Shown here: one piece after another, positions 10,801 to 18,546 of the stretch
Position numbering within the stretch: the stretch's first letter is position 1
Layout of the letters: each line of letters opens with the position of its first letter
Assembly: GCA_051439425.1 (NCBI GenBank)
Contig: JBFRWD010000153.1
Location: forward strand, 1-64,000
DNA from: Synechococcus sp.
GTDB lineage: Bacteria > Cyanobacteriota > Cyanobacteriia > Thermostichales > PCC-7336
Length of the DNA stretch: 64,000 nucleotides
Reading direction: 5' to 3'
Translations under genes and position numbers: made by a program
The notes under the pieces: model-generated
What the model was told of the DNA's origin: nothing
What the model saw: the letters and a program-made list of their open reading frames with translations, nothing else
Database searches by the model: none

Positions 10801-13800
10801 TCCATCCCAAATTTCGCCCAAGCCCATCCAAACGAGTGCAGCATTGCAGCCCACCGAAAGTGGCGCTGTACATCCAATCGGGTCAATCCCTCCCGAAAAA
10901 CAACCGGCTAGGCAACCAGCAACGAATACACCAAGCAATTCAGAGATAGCAGCCTCAGGAAATCGAGCAGCTACGTCCAGTTCTCAAACCCCTCCGTCTG
11001 AGCAAGCATCCGTTACAGAACATTCCTTGCCACAATCTGCGGAAGATAAAGATCGCTCAACTGCTGTCCCAAATAATGCTCAGAAACCGCCGTTGATTCA
11101 GCGCATACCGTCGTTGGTGACCACCGCCTTTAACGCCATCGGCACCCTAATTACCAGCTCTCTGTCCGAGCCACCACCAACCGAATCCACGCCGAGTCCA
11201 GCAGCAATCACTCAAGCAGATGAGATACAGCGATCGCCTGACACACCAGCAACATCCACCATCCAATCCCAATCAGCGGATGCCCCCTCTACCGACATAT
11301 CTACGCCTGTATCTGACCAATCATCTTCCGAGCAATCCCAAGCTCAGTCAAAAGCACTAACTCCAACTCTTGACCAAGCATCACAACGGACTGAAGTTGA
11401 GTCTCACAGCTCTGAGTCTGCTTCACCAGGATCGGCACGGCCAAGCGTAGCGACCCCACTGTCTTCTCCTAGCGATCCCATTCAGCGTTCGGAAGAACCT
11501 CTCAGTCTGGATTCAGAAGAACGGGACACTTCAGGTAGAACCAGTCAGCAATCGGCGGCCGAGAGTTCACAACTTCAAGCCGAAAGACATATACAGACCG
11601 AAAATATAGAGTCTCCAGATACCGGCAACCACTCATTGGTGGCCGCAGAAGCAACTGGCAAACAACATCCCCAACATCACACCACCCAACCAACAGTTCC
11701 TCAAACCAGGTCCATCCAGCAGTCTGCGATTGAGCCAAATGGTTCAGCTCCGCCAGTTTCTCACCTAGATTCCACTAACTCCGCCCCCCAAACCACCTCA
11801 ACAGAAATAACAACAGCAGCAGAGCATTTATCGACAAACTCAGAGGCCAACTCCGATCGCACACCATCAAACAGCCCAACAGATCGCTCACAATCTTCAT
11901 CCCAAACTGGTAAAGACGTTAGTCCAGACCAATTAGACAAATCTGCCCCCCTTCAAGCCACTTCTCCAGGAACAGCAAACCGTTCTATCAATTCCACCCC
12001 TTCTGCAATCCGCGACAACCAAAATAGCGACTTCGGTAATGCCACCGCCGCGAGTTCTCATTCTCAAGTTTCAGAAGATAGCAGCAGCGGTCGCATTCAA
12101 ACCCAGCCCCTTCATGCAGCACAACCAAACATTCATGAGGGCATTAAAGATACATCTGCATCTCCACTAGCTGCCGATTCGATAGCACAGCGATCGTCCG
12201 ATCTCCCCTCGCACCCACTCGACCAGAAACCCTCTCCCTTCTCTGCCTCAGACACGTCTCCCGATCGACCAATCTCGACTGAGTCATCCACCCACTTAGG
12301 CAGTACGTCCGAACTTCAAAACAGCTCGCAAGTTACAAAACAAAACCCCTTTCTTTCCCCCCAATCAACTAATCAACCTCATCAACCGAAACAATCGCCA
12401 AATCCAGGATTCTCCAGCGAGGCAACAACCGCGATCGCTGACGAGGTCACACAGCAGCAAACCGCACCAGAAGAACTTTCCTCACGATCGCAATCTGGGA
12501 CAAACGCACCAACCATCAACACTGCCCATCCACCTGCCCCGCCTCGAGAGGCAGCAGTCACTCATTCCAGCCCGGGGGATACAAATACAGCTAGTTCCCC
12601 TTCAATCCAGCCTAAAACCGATGCATTTAGTTCTGAAGATGGAGCAAGCAAAAACAATCCAGACTCAACCGGCAATCCTGCCCTCAGCCCTGTAGAACCG
12701 GTTTCCGAGACAGCAGGTTCCACGCCAAAACGCGTCAAGCCTCAAAACAGTGCCTCTTTTGAGATCACTCCACATCAGCTTGTAAGCACAGACAGCGACA
12801 CCGTTCAGCCCCCCCTCACATCGCAAATCAAGAGCGAACTACCTCCTCCCTCTACTCACTCGCTATCCGAGAAAAATACACCAGCCTTTCTGCAAGAAAC
12901 CAACAGCGACTCTGCCACTGGTAAGCCGGTCGTATCTGACCCGACGCAGAGCCTCTCTCAAGAGAGCGCGATCGCCCAAGCGCCAACTCAGCAACGAGCG
13001 ACGAGATCTTCGGATGCTCCTTTTTCCCTCAACAGCCCTGAACATCCAACAATTCAGTCCCAGCCAGCAGCCCAGAACCTCCACGCTGAAGATTCCCAAA
13101 CGGTACCAGCACCAATTGACCCCCCTTCAAGCAGCTCGGTAGAAGACTCAAGTACGACAACAGATAAGCCTGCTAGTCATCAGAGCGCATCACCATCCCC
13201 CGAGATCGCGCAGAGGACATCGCAGGTTAGCCCTCAAAGCCCGAGCGAGCGACCTCATCAAGAAAGCCAGTCCGTCTCCAAAACAGGTGCGATCCAACAA
13301 TCATCGGCCCAGCCCAGCCAAACCACCTCTCTGCCCGCAACTGACCAAACTGAAACCACCCAAGCGATTGAAGCTAGACCGCAGCAATCTCCGATTCCTA
13401 ACCCGACTATCCAACACCGGTCTATTCACCCCAACCATGAAAGTGCTAAGCCCAGCGAGTTAGATACCGACCATCAATCCTCTGAAAATTATCAACCCTC
13501 TGGAAACCAAGATGAGGACCAACATTCACCCTTCCCCCAACTGCCTCGCATTCTCAAACCCATCACCATTCTCAAACCGCTCGCTACCCCTAGTTCCCCT
13601 TCACCCTCAAGTCCCCCCGAATCCGTTACGCAAGCCCAGCCTGCAGAGGGCAATCTCCCATCCGATCCCCCCATCTCTTCTGTTACTCAAAACACTCCCA
13701 ATATTCCACCCTCAACCAACAGTTCGTCCACCAACACCACCAATTCACAATCCCCCAGTCCGTCTGGCCCCAAAACGAGCAAACGGGAAATACCTCTCCC

Positions 13801-14107
13801 AGAACAATGGTCTGGCCTTGCAGAACTCCTATCCGAGACATCGGTATCCGTAACGCCTCCAACTCCTACCACCAGCCATTCCCCGCCATCAACTCGCAAT
13901 GCTTCGCCCCCAACAATTCAGCCTCAATGGGATGAAACCTTATCCGTAGACTCTGCCGACAGTGCATCTCCAGACACAACCGAGCCCGAGCAACTGAATG
14001 CCTATTTGGATACTCTGGCTCGCGAGGTCTATAACCTGTTGCGATTGAAGCTAGAGCGCGATCGCGAACGAAACGGCAATTCCTACACCGGTCGTCTGCC
14101 CTGGTAG
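7871..14107 (+). CDS. Giant Ser/Pro/Thr/Gln-rich disordered eCIS-associated protein (2078 aa)
   Basis: 6.2-kb open frame starting 3 nt after the tube gene stop; low complexity; C-terminal helix LDTLAREVYNLLRLKLERDRERNG. Confidence 0.8.
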   Translation: MSTSPPSDPHTSPDPQESTSPPLGLRKPLLPMPPLGQRSSSAAFRLGRRSITVLAPLQANHWRAERGARTAVLQPLSINTLPRVNRNNEPLFAVGNTPSELREDESPSTPPIPTPNAPTGLQHQDRETIAPAQHVDAPQAQTNQGPSSLQLKSLSPSSSDNPKGHQERHSANTDTNSGASDEDRQQTPTTQAVPQSDRPFHTQPTIESPALPTNSLQRHSATTPSPSAANSPLPDQPAPIATSGSSQQSSIEDSPQLTHSDLHPAAETVDSQIQESSEFSPTQAGQSSIANPPPTGDRHQLPQPPSTVQRQVSSKAPQSPSPRTDTGTGTGTDTNTDSLSASQSSSQAHGEVHQRSPLHPSESSVVVRQTAASSPNNESAAQTSFEKSSGTSQGQSGQVSSSDRPTPSSHPDNPSPKAQPKPQSVHPERRTTHPSASTFSGADSSGSNSSESASEQLASEVSSQNSPTPTIHPVQPQSSERSSAPPVSTSSSPQISTTQAFKKEAYKESGHSSSRTTPTNSSPTTGIPPTSSNITEGAAQPSIASNPITPNAVTPPDRAIQARTTAASNADEMPPSQHPSLSNEAEQRRQEQPEIAASASTELSKSPTEQTSETTIQRGADKSTEQSAVVEHELRGGSPNSPNIQHHQPAPEIGSASPKQLQASSTDTSSTNAESPASDRPESPIAQRAQSPSTQPAVSSQSFANTVSSSNSSSTPSNSSSPAPSPSTPNIQKASNQPSASQAKEATTTSIRSSKGLNSSGNATNQKDAATPSGESQTQHSSCQSPASQQSIQAKPQEAAEKNAQIPSSEELNRTFNPPFQGASKQSPEPEPEGATDTPIPSSAGLISSDISSQRANQSTPIDAPLVRQSSSPTSSLPSQTESPNSDPVTTTSVTAGSPLSHEGSPKALSEAPNPSVRGVQRSLQQPPDAPTEELATHSAQVSADCPLSSATKQLRANDTEIDTSPPPTSDNTPLPSPSQISPKPIQTSAALQPTESGAVHPIGSIPPEKQPARQPATNTPSNSEIAASGNRAATSSSQTPPSEQASVTEHSLPQSAEDKDRSTAVPNNAQKPPLIQRIPSLVTTAFNAIGTLITSSLSEPPPTESTPSPAAITQADEIQRSPDTPATSTIQSQSADAPSTDISTPVSDQSSSEQSQAQSKALTPTLDQASQRTEVESHSSESASPGSARPSVATPLSSPSDPIQRSEEPLSLDSEERDTSGRTSQQSAAESSQLQAERHIQTENIESPDTGNHSLVAAEATGKQHPQHHTTQPTVPQTRSIQQSAIEPNGSAPPVSHLDSTNSAPQTTSTEITTAAEHLSTNSEANSDRTPSNSPTDRSQSSSQTGKDVSPDQLDKSAPLQATSPGTANRSINSTPSAIRDNQNSDFGNATAASSHSQVSEDSSSGRIQTQPLHAAQPNIHEGIKDTSASPLAADSIAQRSSDLPSHPLDQKPSPFSASDTSPDRPISTESSTHLGSTSELQNSSQVTKQNPFLSPQSTNQPHQPKQSPNPGFSSEATTAIADEVTQQQTAPEELSSRSQSGTNAPTINTAHPPAPPREAAVTHSSPGDTNTASSPSIQPKTDAFSSEDGASKNNPDSTGNPALSPVEPVSETAGSTPKRVKPQNSASFEITPHQLVSTDSDTVQPPLTSQIKSELPPPSTHSLSEKNTPAFLQETNSDSATGKPVVSDPTQSLSQESAIAQAPTQQRATRSSDAPFSLNSPEHPTIQSQPAAQNLHAEDSQTVPAPIDPPSSSSVEDSSTTTDKPASHQSASPSPEIAQRTSQVSPQSPSERPHQESQSVSKTGAIQQSSAQPSQTTSLPATDQTETTQAIEARPQQSPIPNPTIQHRSIHPNHESAKPSELDTDHQSSENYQPSGNQDEDQHSPFPQLPRILKPITILKPLATPSSPSPSSPPESVTQAQPAEGNLPSDPPISSVTQNTPNIPPSTNSSSTNTTNSQSPSPSGPKTSKREIPLPEQWSGLAELLSETSVSVTPPTPTTSHSPPSTRNASPPTIQPQWDETLSVDSADSASPDTTEPEQLNAYLDTLAREVYNLLRLKLERDRERNGNSYTGRLPW

Positions 14108-14197
14108 CTCAGACATATAACTCAGCCAGATAACTCAGTCAGCTAGCTGAACTATCCCGCACCCTTACTTCACTTCAGTCATCGCGAGGCCGACACC

Positions 14198-14707
14198 ATG
14201 CCCGAATATCCAGTCAAAGCAGAATTGGTGGCCAAAGATGGCGGCACTACCGTCACCTTTATGTTTAACCCCACCGAACTCAGCTTCAGCCGCAGTATGC
14301 AAACCAACGCCTCCAGCGGTGCCCGCACCGATAAAGGCATTCCAAAAATTAGCTTTGGCTACTTCAATCCCTATAGTCTCAGCATCAGCAACATCCTGTT
14401 CGACACCTACGAATCAGGGGAAGATGTCATGGACAAGTACATAGATAAACTGCGCGAAGCATTGGAGTTCGCCAAAAACACCGATCGCCCCCCCATCTAC
14501 TTATTCTCGTGGGGCAATAAAGAATATCTGCGTTGCTTCGTCAAAAGCTTGAGCTACAAACTGACCATGTTTCTACCGGATGGCACTCCAGTGCGGGCCG
14601 TCGCCGATCTGTCTCTCGAAGAATTAGACGAATGGGACCCACCCCCTTCTGTTGGCACTCCTAGCCCCAGCAGCAGTCAGCGGCAATCGGAATCATCCCG
14701 CCGATAA
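14198..14707 (+). CDS. CIS tube initiator/hub protein (Afp7-like, no LysM)
   Basis: FMFNPTEL, LFDTYE, RPP..LF.WG, LTMFLPDGTPVRA.ADL motifs. Confidence 0.85.
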   Translation: MPEYPVKAELVAKDGGTTVTFMFNPTELSFSRSMQTNASSGARTDKGIPKISFGYFNPYSLSISNILFDTYESGEDVMDKYIDKLREALEFAKNTDRPPIYLFSWGNKEYLRCFVKSLSYKLTMFLPDGTPVRAVADLSLEELDEWDPPPSVGTPSPSSSQRQSESSRR

Positions 14708-14724
14708 TTGCAGACACGAAATTG

Positions 14725-15222
14725 TTAGCCGCCTATTAAGACAGTCGTCAATCCGTTTGTGATTTTGTTGGGTGGTCCTACTGCTTCAACAATGGTGTTT
14801 CCGACAAAACAAGCGGGCAACCCATTGATCAACACCGTTTTGCTTCCATTAACCACCACCCCCGGCCCGTGGGGTGGAATGGGCAGAGGTTGAGAACATA
14901 CATGAATATCGGCTCCTGCAGCGGTGGAAGAAATCAGTGTCCCCATCGCTACGGCAGAGGCAGCCTTTGTGGCTTCTTCGGCAGCCTTGGCTGCAGCCTT
15001 TGAAGCGGGTTCGGGAGCTGCCGCCGTTGCTTTCTCTGCCACCTGAATAGCCGTGTCGGATGTTTTCTTGGCGGATTTTAGCGAGCTAGCGACGGCCACC
15101 GGTACACCTCGCCAAGCGGGAAGATTACCGATTAAGACATTAAAGCTGCCCGGACCGGGACTGAGAGTTGGAGGTAAGGGGTGCTGGACAAAATCCCCTA
15201 CTCTGGCGGCTGGTTTACCCAT
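14725..15222 (-). CDS. PAAR-domain spike-tip protein with Ala/Lys-rich insertion
   Basis: GKPAARVGD, GSFNVLIGNLPAWRG, HVC...PHGPG, GSKTVLINGLPA. Confidence 0.9.
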   Translation of the reverse strand: MGKPAARVGDFVQHPLPPTLSPGPGSFNVLIGNLPAWRGVPVAVASSLKSAKKTSDTAIQVAEKATAAAPEPASKAAAKAAEEATKAASAVAMGTLISSTAAGADIHVCSQPLPIPPHGPGVVVNGSKTVLINGLPACFVGNTIVEAVGPPNKITNGLTTVLIGG

Positions 15223-15262
15223 TGTTTAACCTCTTGAGACGTTAGCTAGTCGGTGACTTGAG

Positions 15263-17074
15263 TTAGTTGAGTTTGATTAGCGAACCTTTGACCGTGACGA
15301 TACCGGAGGCAGAAATTTCAATGCCGCTGGCTTTGATAGAAATTTTGTTGCTACCCACCTTGAGATTAATGCTGGTACCGGCCTTGATATCGATCGCATT
15401 CGAGCTGCCATTGAGCACCACTGAATTACTACCTTGGCCGGTCTTAATTTCAATTTTTTTCCCTTGGTCGTCCATCTTCAACACGTGGCCGCCCTTAGTT
15501 TTCACTTCAATGGATTTATCTGAATCGTTGAGATACAGTTTGTGACCGCCCGCCGTATCTACATACGTTCCCTTTTTGGAGCCACCCTTATCTTCTTCCA
15601 CAAATTGCAATTCATGACCGGTACGCGTCTTGACCGTACGCAAGCGAACTTTGCCATCGGCCACAGAATCCGTCACTTTTTCCGGAGGCGCATCTTTGCC
15701 GTTCCACAGTCCGCCTAGCACAAACGGCCGGTGAATATCTCCGTGTTCGAACCCCACCAATACTTCGTCATCCACTTCCGGCAAGCAATCAAACCCGCGA
15801 TTTTTGCCAGCCCCGATCGCCACTACTCTCGCCCAATTGCTTTCGTGATCCTCCGTCAACGTCGGAAACTTGACCCGCACGCGCCCCCACTTTTTCGGAT
15901 CGTTATTGTTCGTTACCTTTCCTACCAAAAAGGTTTGCCCTGGTTGCAAGCGGGTAGACGGAGATAAAACAGACAGCAGATCGCCATTGCGCAACCCTCG
16001 CGCCTCAAACTCGGTGCTGTAGACGCGATCGCCCAATACATGCCGAGTTTCGGTGATGTAATACTGCCCACTGTACTTGCCCATATTCTTGAGCTTGACC
16101 ACCTTGCCCGGACGAATCTCGGGGTTGCCCTCCCCCTTTGCTTCGGCCCGAATAAACTCCCCCCCCAATTCATCCGCAAGAGCCTGGGCCATCGTGTCGG
16201 CTTCTTTTTGGGTGAATGTGGGGCGATCGACCACGATGGTGGTGGGTTTCGAAGGCTTGCTGTCAAAGGCCGTACTGGTTGTTTTGCCCTCTCCTAACTC
16301 GGTACTCGTCAGTACGGATGGTGCGGATTTTTTGGCCACAATGGCGGTTTTTTTCTCGACATCCCAGCCCCTCACCTCCACACCGCTCACTTGTTCGGCA
16401 CTGGTTGCCCTGACGCGGCAGGTGTGCACATCTTGCAACCACTCCAACTCGATCGTGGTGCCTTTGCTGGGCTTGCGAAAGTTAAGCTTGCCATCTTGAA
16501 CAAACAGCTCGAACCCAATACGGGCCGCGCGTTCCCGCAAGAACTCCATATTGGTCTGATTTTCTTGAAATACATACTTGTGCGCAGAGCCACTGCTATC
16601 GGCCTTACCCACCTGAATCCCTATTTCGCCGACAACTTTCCGGACAATATCGGTGTCGCTCATATCCTGAAACGAGCGGTTGTAGCGACCTCGGTGTAAG
16701 CGATGGGATAGGTCGTAGCCGCGCACAATTACCGGGGCCTGACCTTGACTATTGAATTGGGCTTCAACCGCGGTAATTTCTCCGTCAAACACTGTGCCCT
16801 GGGCCGCGTCCGAGAACTCGGCATCGTCGGTAGTACTGGAGACAAAGCCAATTTTGATTTTGTTGCCGATGGAAAAGTCTTTGTCGTAGCGCCAAACTTT
16901 GTCGGTATCCCCTCGCCCTTCAAAATAATCGTTGCGCATTACTAAGGTAAATGCGTTGGGCAGGTGCAAGCTTTCTTCCACCTCAATTTGCAGGATGTCA
17001 TCAATGAGTTTGTCAGTAGCCTTCTTGCCGTCAATCTCTAACAGCGGCTTGGCAATGTAAGTGGTTGCAGCCAT
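15263..17074 (-). CDS. vgrG: VgrG/Afp8-like spike protein
   Basis: gp27-like N-terminus (QENQTNMEFL.ERA.RIG); gp5 OB fold NDPKKWGRVRVKFP, WARV, LPEVDDEVLVGFEHGD.RPFVLGGLWN; C-terminal beta-helix repeats. Confidence 0.93.
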   Translation of the reverse strand: MAATTYIAKPLLEIDGKKATDKLIDDILQIEVEESLHLPNAFTLVMRNDYFEGRGDTDKVWRYDKDFSIGNKIKIGFVSSTTDDAEFSDAAQGTVFDGEITAVEAQFNSQGQAPVIVRGYDLSHRLHRGRYNRSFQDMSDTDIVRKVVGEIGIQVGKADSSGSAHKYVFQENQTNMEFLRERAARIGFELFVQDGKLNFRKPSKGTTIELEWLQDVHTCRVRATSAEQVSGVEVRGWDVEKKTAIVAKKSAPSVLTSTELGEGKTTSTAFDSKPSKPTTIVVDRPTFTQKEADTMAQALADELGGEFIRAEAKGEGNPEIRPGKVVKLKNMGKYSGQYYITETRHVLGDRVYSTEFEARGLRNGDLLSVLSPSTRLQPGQTFLVGKVTNNNDPKKWGRVRVKFPTLTEDHESNWARVVAIGAGKNRGFDCLPEVDDEVLVGFEHGDIHRPFVLGGLWNGKDAPPEKVTDSVADGKVRLRTVKTRTGHELQFVEEDKGGSKKGTYVDTAGGHKLYLNDSDKSIEVKTKGGHVLKMDDQGKKIEIKTGQGSNSVVLNGSSNAIDIKAGTSINLKVGSNKISIKASGIEISASGIVTVKGSLIKLN

Positions 17075-17458
17075 GGCGAATGACGATACCGAATCTCGCT
17101 TGAACGGTATCCCACATCTCTTGTTGAGACCATTGTCTAAACGTGGAGATGCTTGCTGGGGACGGAGCGCTTCAGATTTCGGCTTGTTGCTAGGCCTTCC
17201 CTCAATAAGCTAACTAGCTTACAGATAGAGGTGAGGCTAGGCTTCTCGAAATGCAGTCAACAGATCAAGTCCACACAGATACCAGTTCACACAGATGAAA
17301 GTCCAAACGAATACAACTGCAGCGATCTGCGCAACCATTAAAGGCTAGAGGGTGCGAAAGCCCTTTCCCCAAGCAAGACTAGAGCTTCACATTCAAATTG
17401 CACAACACGCAAAGCCCCTTTGTTGACTAGCAAAAACCGTTAGTATTTCCAACCATTT

Positions 17459-18481
17459 ATGAAAACGTTTGTAAAAACAGGTCGGATATTATTTCTTGAA
17501 TTCTCTGGCCCCAGACCGCAGCTCTTAACCTCACTGTTCGGCCAGATGGGGTTTATCAAGCTTGGAGAACGCCTCGACAAACCGATATCGGTGTACGGCC
17601 AAGGGGACATTCGTTTCATTTGCAACCCAAGCAATGGAGGAAATGCAGAACGATTCCGCCAGGTGCATGGCAGAGGGGTTTCCGCCATCGCCTTCACAGT
17701 AGACAACTCCTGGGAAGCATTCGTAGCTGCGATAAAGCTTGGTGCCAGCCCAGCCGAAGTGACCGATTACGATATTCCAGCCATTCGCGGTGTCGGCAAC
17801 TCGTTAATTTACCTGGTTGACGCAGATCGCGCACAGCGCCTGTTTGCCTCGTTCAATTGTCAGATGACGCCCTGTGCAGAGTCGGTTGGTCTCCACGATA
17901 TCGATCACATTACCCACAATCTTAGGGTGGGCGGAATCAACCGATGGCGATTGTTTTACGAAACCGTGTTTGGATTTAGCAGCGTCAGAAGCTTCAACAT
18001 TACCGGTCAACTGACCGGCCTGGTCAGCGAAGTTGTTGCTAGCCCCAATGGCAACATCACCATTCCCCTCAACGAGTCTAAGGACGACAAGTCTCAGATC
18101 GCAGAATTTATCAACGACTACAACGGGGAAGGCGTGCAGCATGTGGCCCTACTGAGCCGGGATATTTATCAGTCGGTCAACAGGCTGCAGAATAACGGCA
18201 TCGCCTTTCAAGACACTCCGGATACCTATTACGAGAGGGTTGACGAGCGCATTCCCAATCATGGGGAAGATGTGTCTCGATTGCGCCAGTTCCGCATCTT
18301 GATCGACTCCGAGCCCGAATACGGTGAAGGGACTCTGCTGCAGATCTTCACAAAAGAAAGCATCGGTCCAATCTTTTTTGAATGCATCCAGCGCAAGGGA
18401 AACAGGGGATTCGGCAACGGCAACTTCCAAGCCCTGTTCGAATCGATCGAGCGAGACCAGCAATGTCGTGGGGTCATCTGA
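17459..18481 (+). CDS. hppD: 4-hydroxyphenylpyruvate dioxygenase
   Basis: Fe ligands in IDHITHN, GEGVQHVAL and IFFECIQRKG..GFG.GNFQALFESIE. Confidence 0.93.
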   Translation: MKTFVKTGRILFLEFSGPRPQLLTSLFGQMGFIKLGERLDKPISVYGQGDIRFICNPSNGGNAERFRQVHGRGVSAIAFTVDNSWEAFVAAIKLGASPAEVTDYDIPAIRGVGNSLIYLVDADRAQRLFASFNCQMTPCAESVGLHDIDHITHNLRVGGINRWRLFYETVFGFSSVRSFNITGQLTGLVSEVVASPNGNITIPLNESKDDKSQIAEFINDYNGEGVQHVALLSRDIYQSVNRLQNNGIAFQDTPDTYYERVDERIPNHGEDVSRLRQFRILIDSEPEYGEGTLLQIFTKESIGPIFFECIQRKGNRGFGNGNFQALFESIERDQQCRGVI

Positions 18482-18546
18482 ATTGAGCACAGAAGGCGAT
18501 CGCCAACAGCTAGAGCCAACTCAATCCTCCCGTCCCAACATTGGCA

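Noticed and set aside
15263..17074. Type VI secretion system or prophage
   Set aside because: No TssJLM/ClpV, capsid, terminase or integrase; the gp19-like tube and Afp7-like gene indicate an eCIS.
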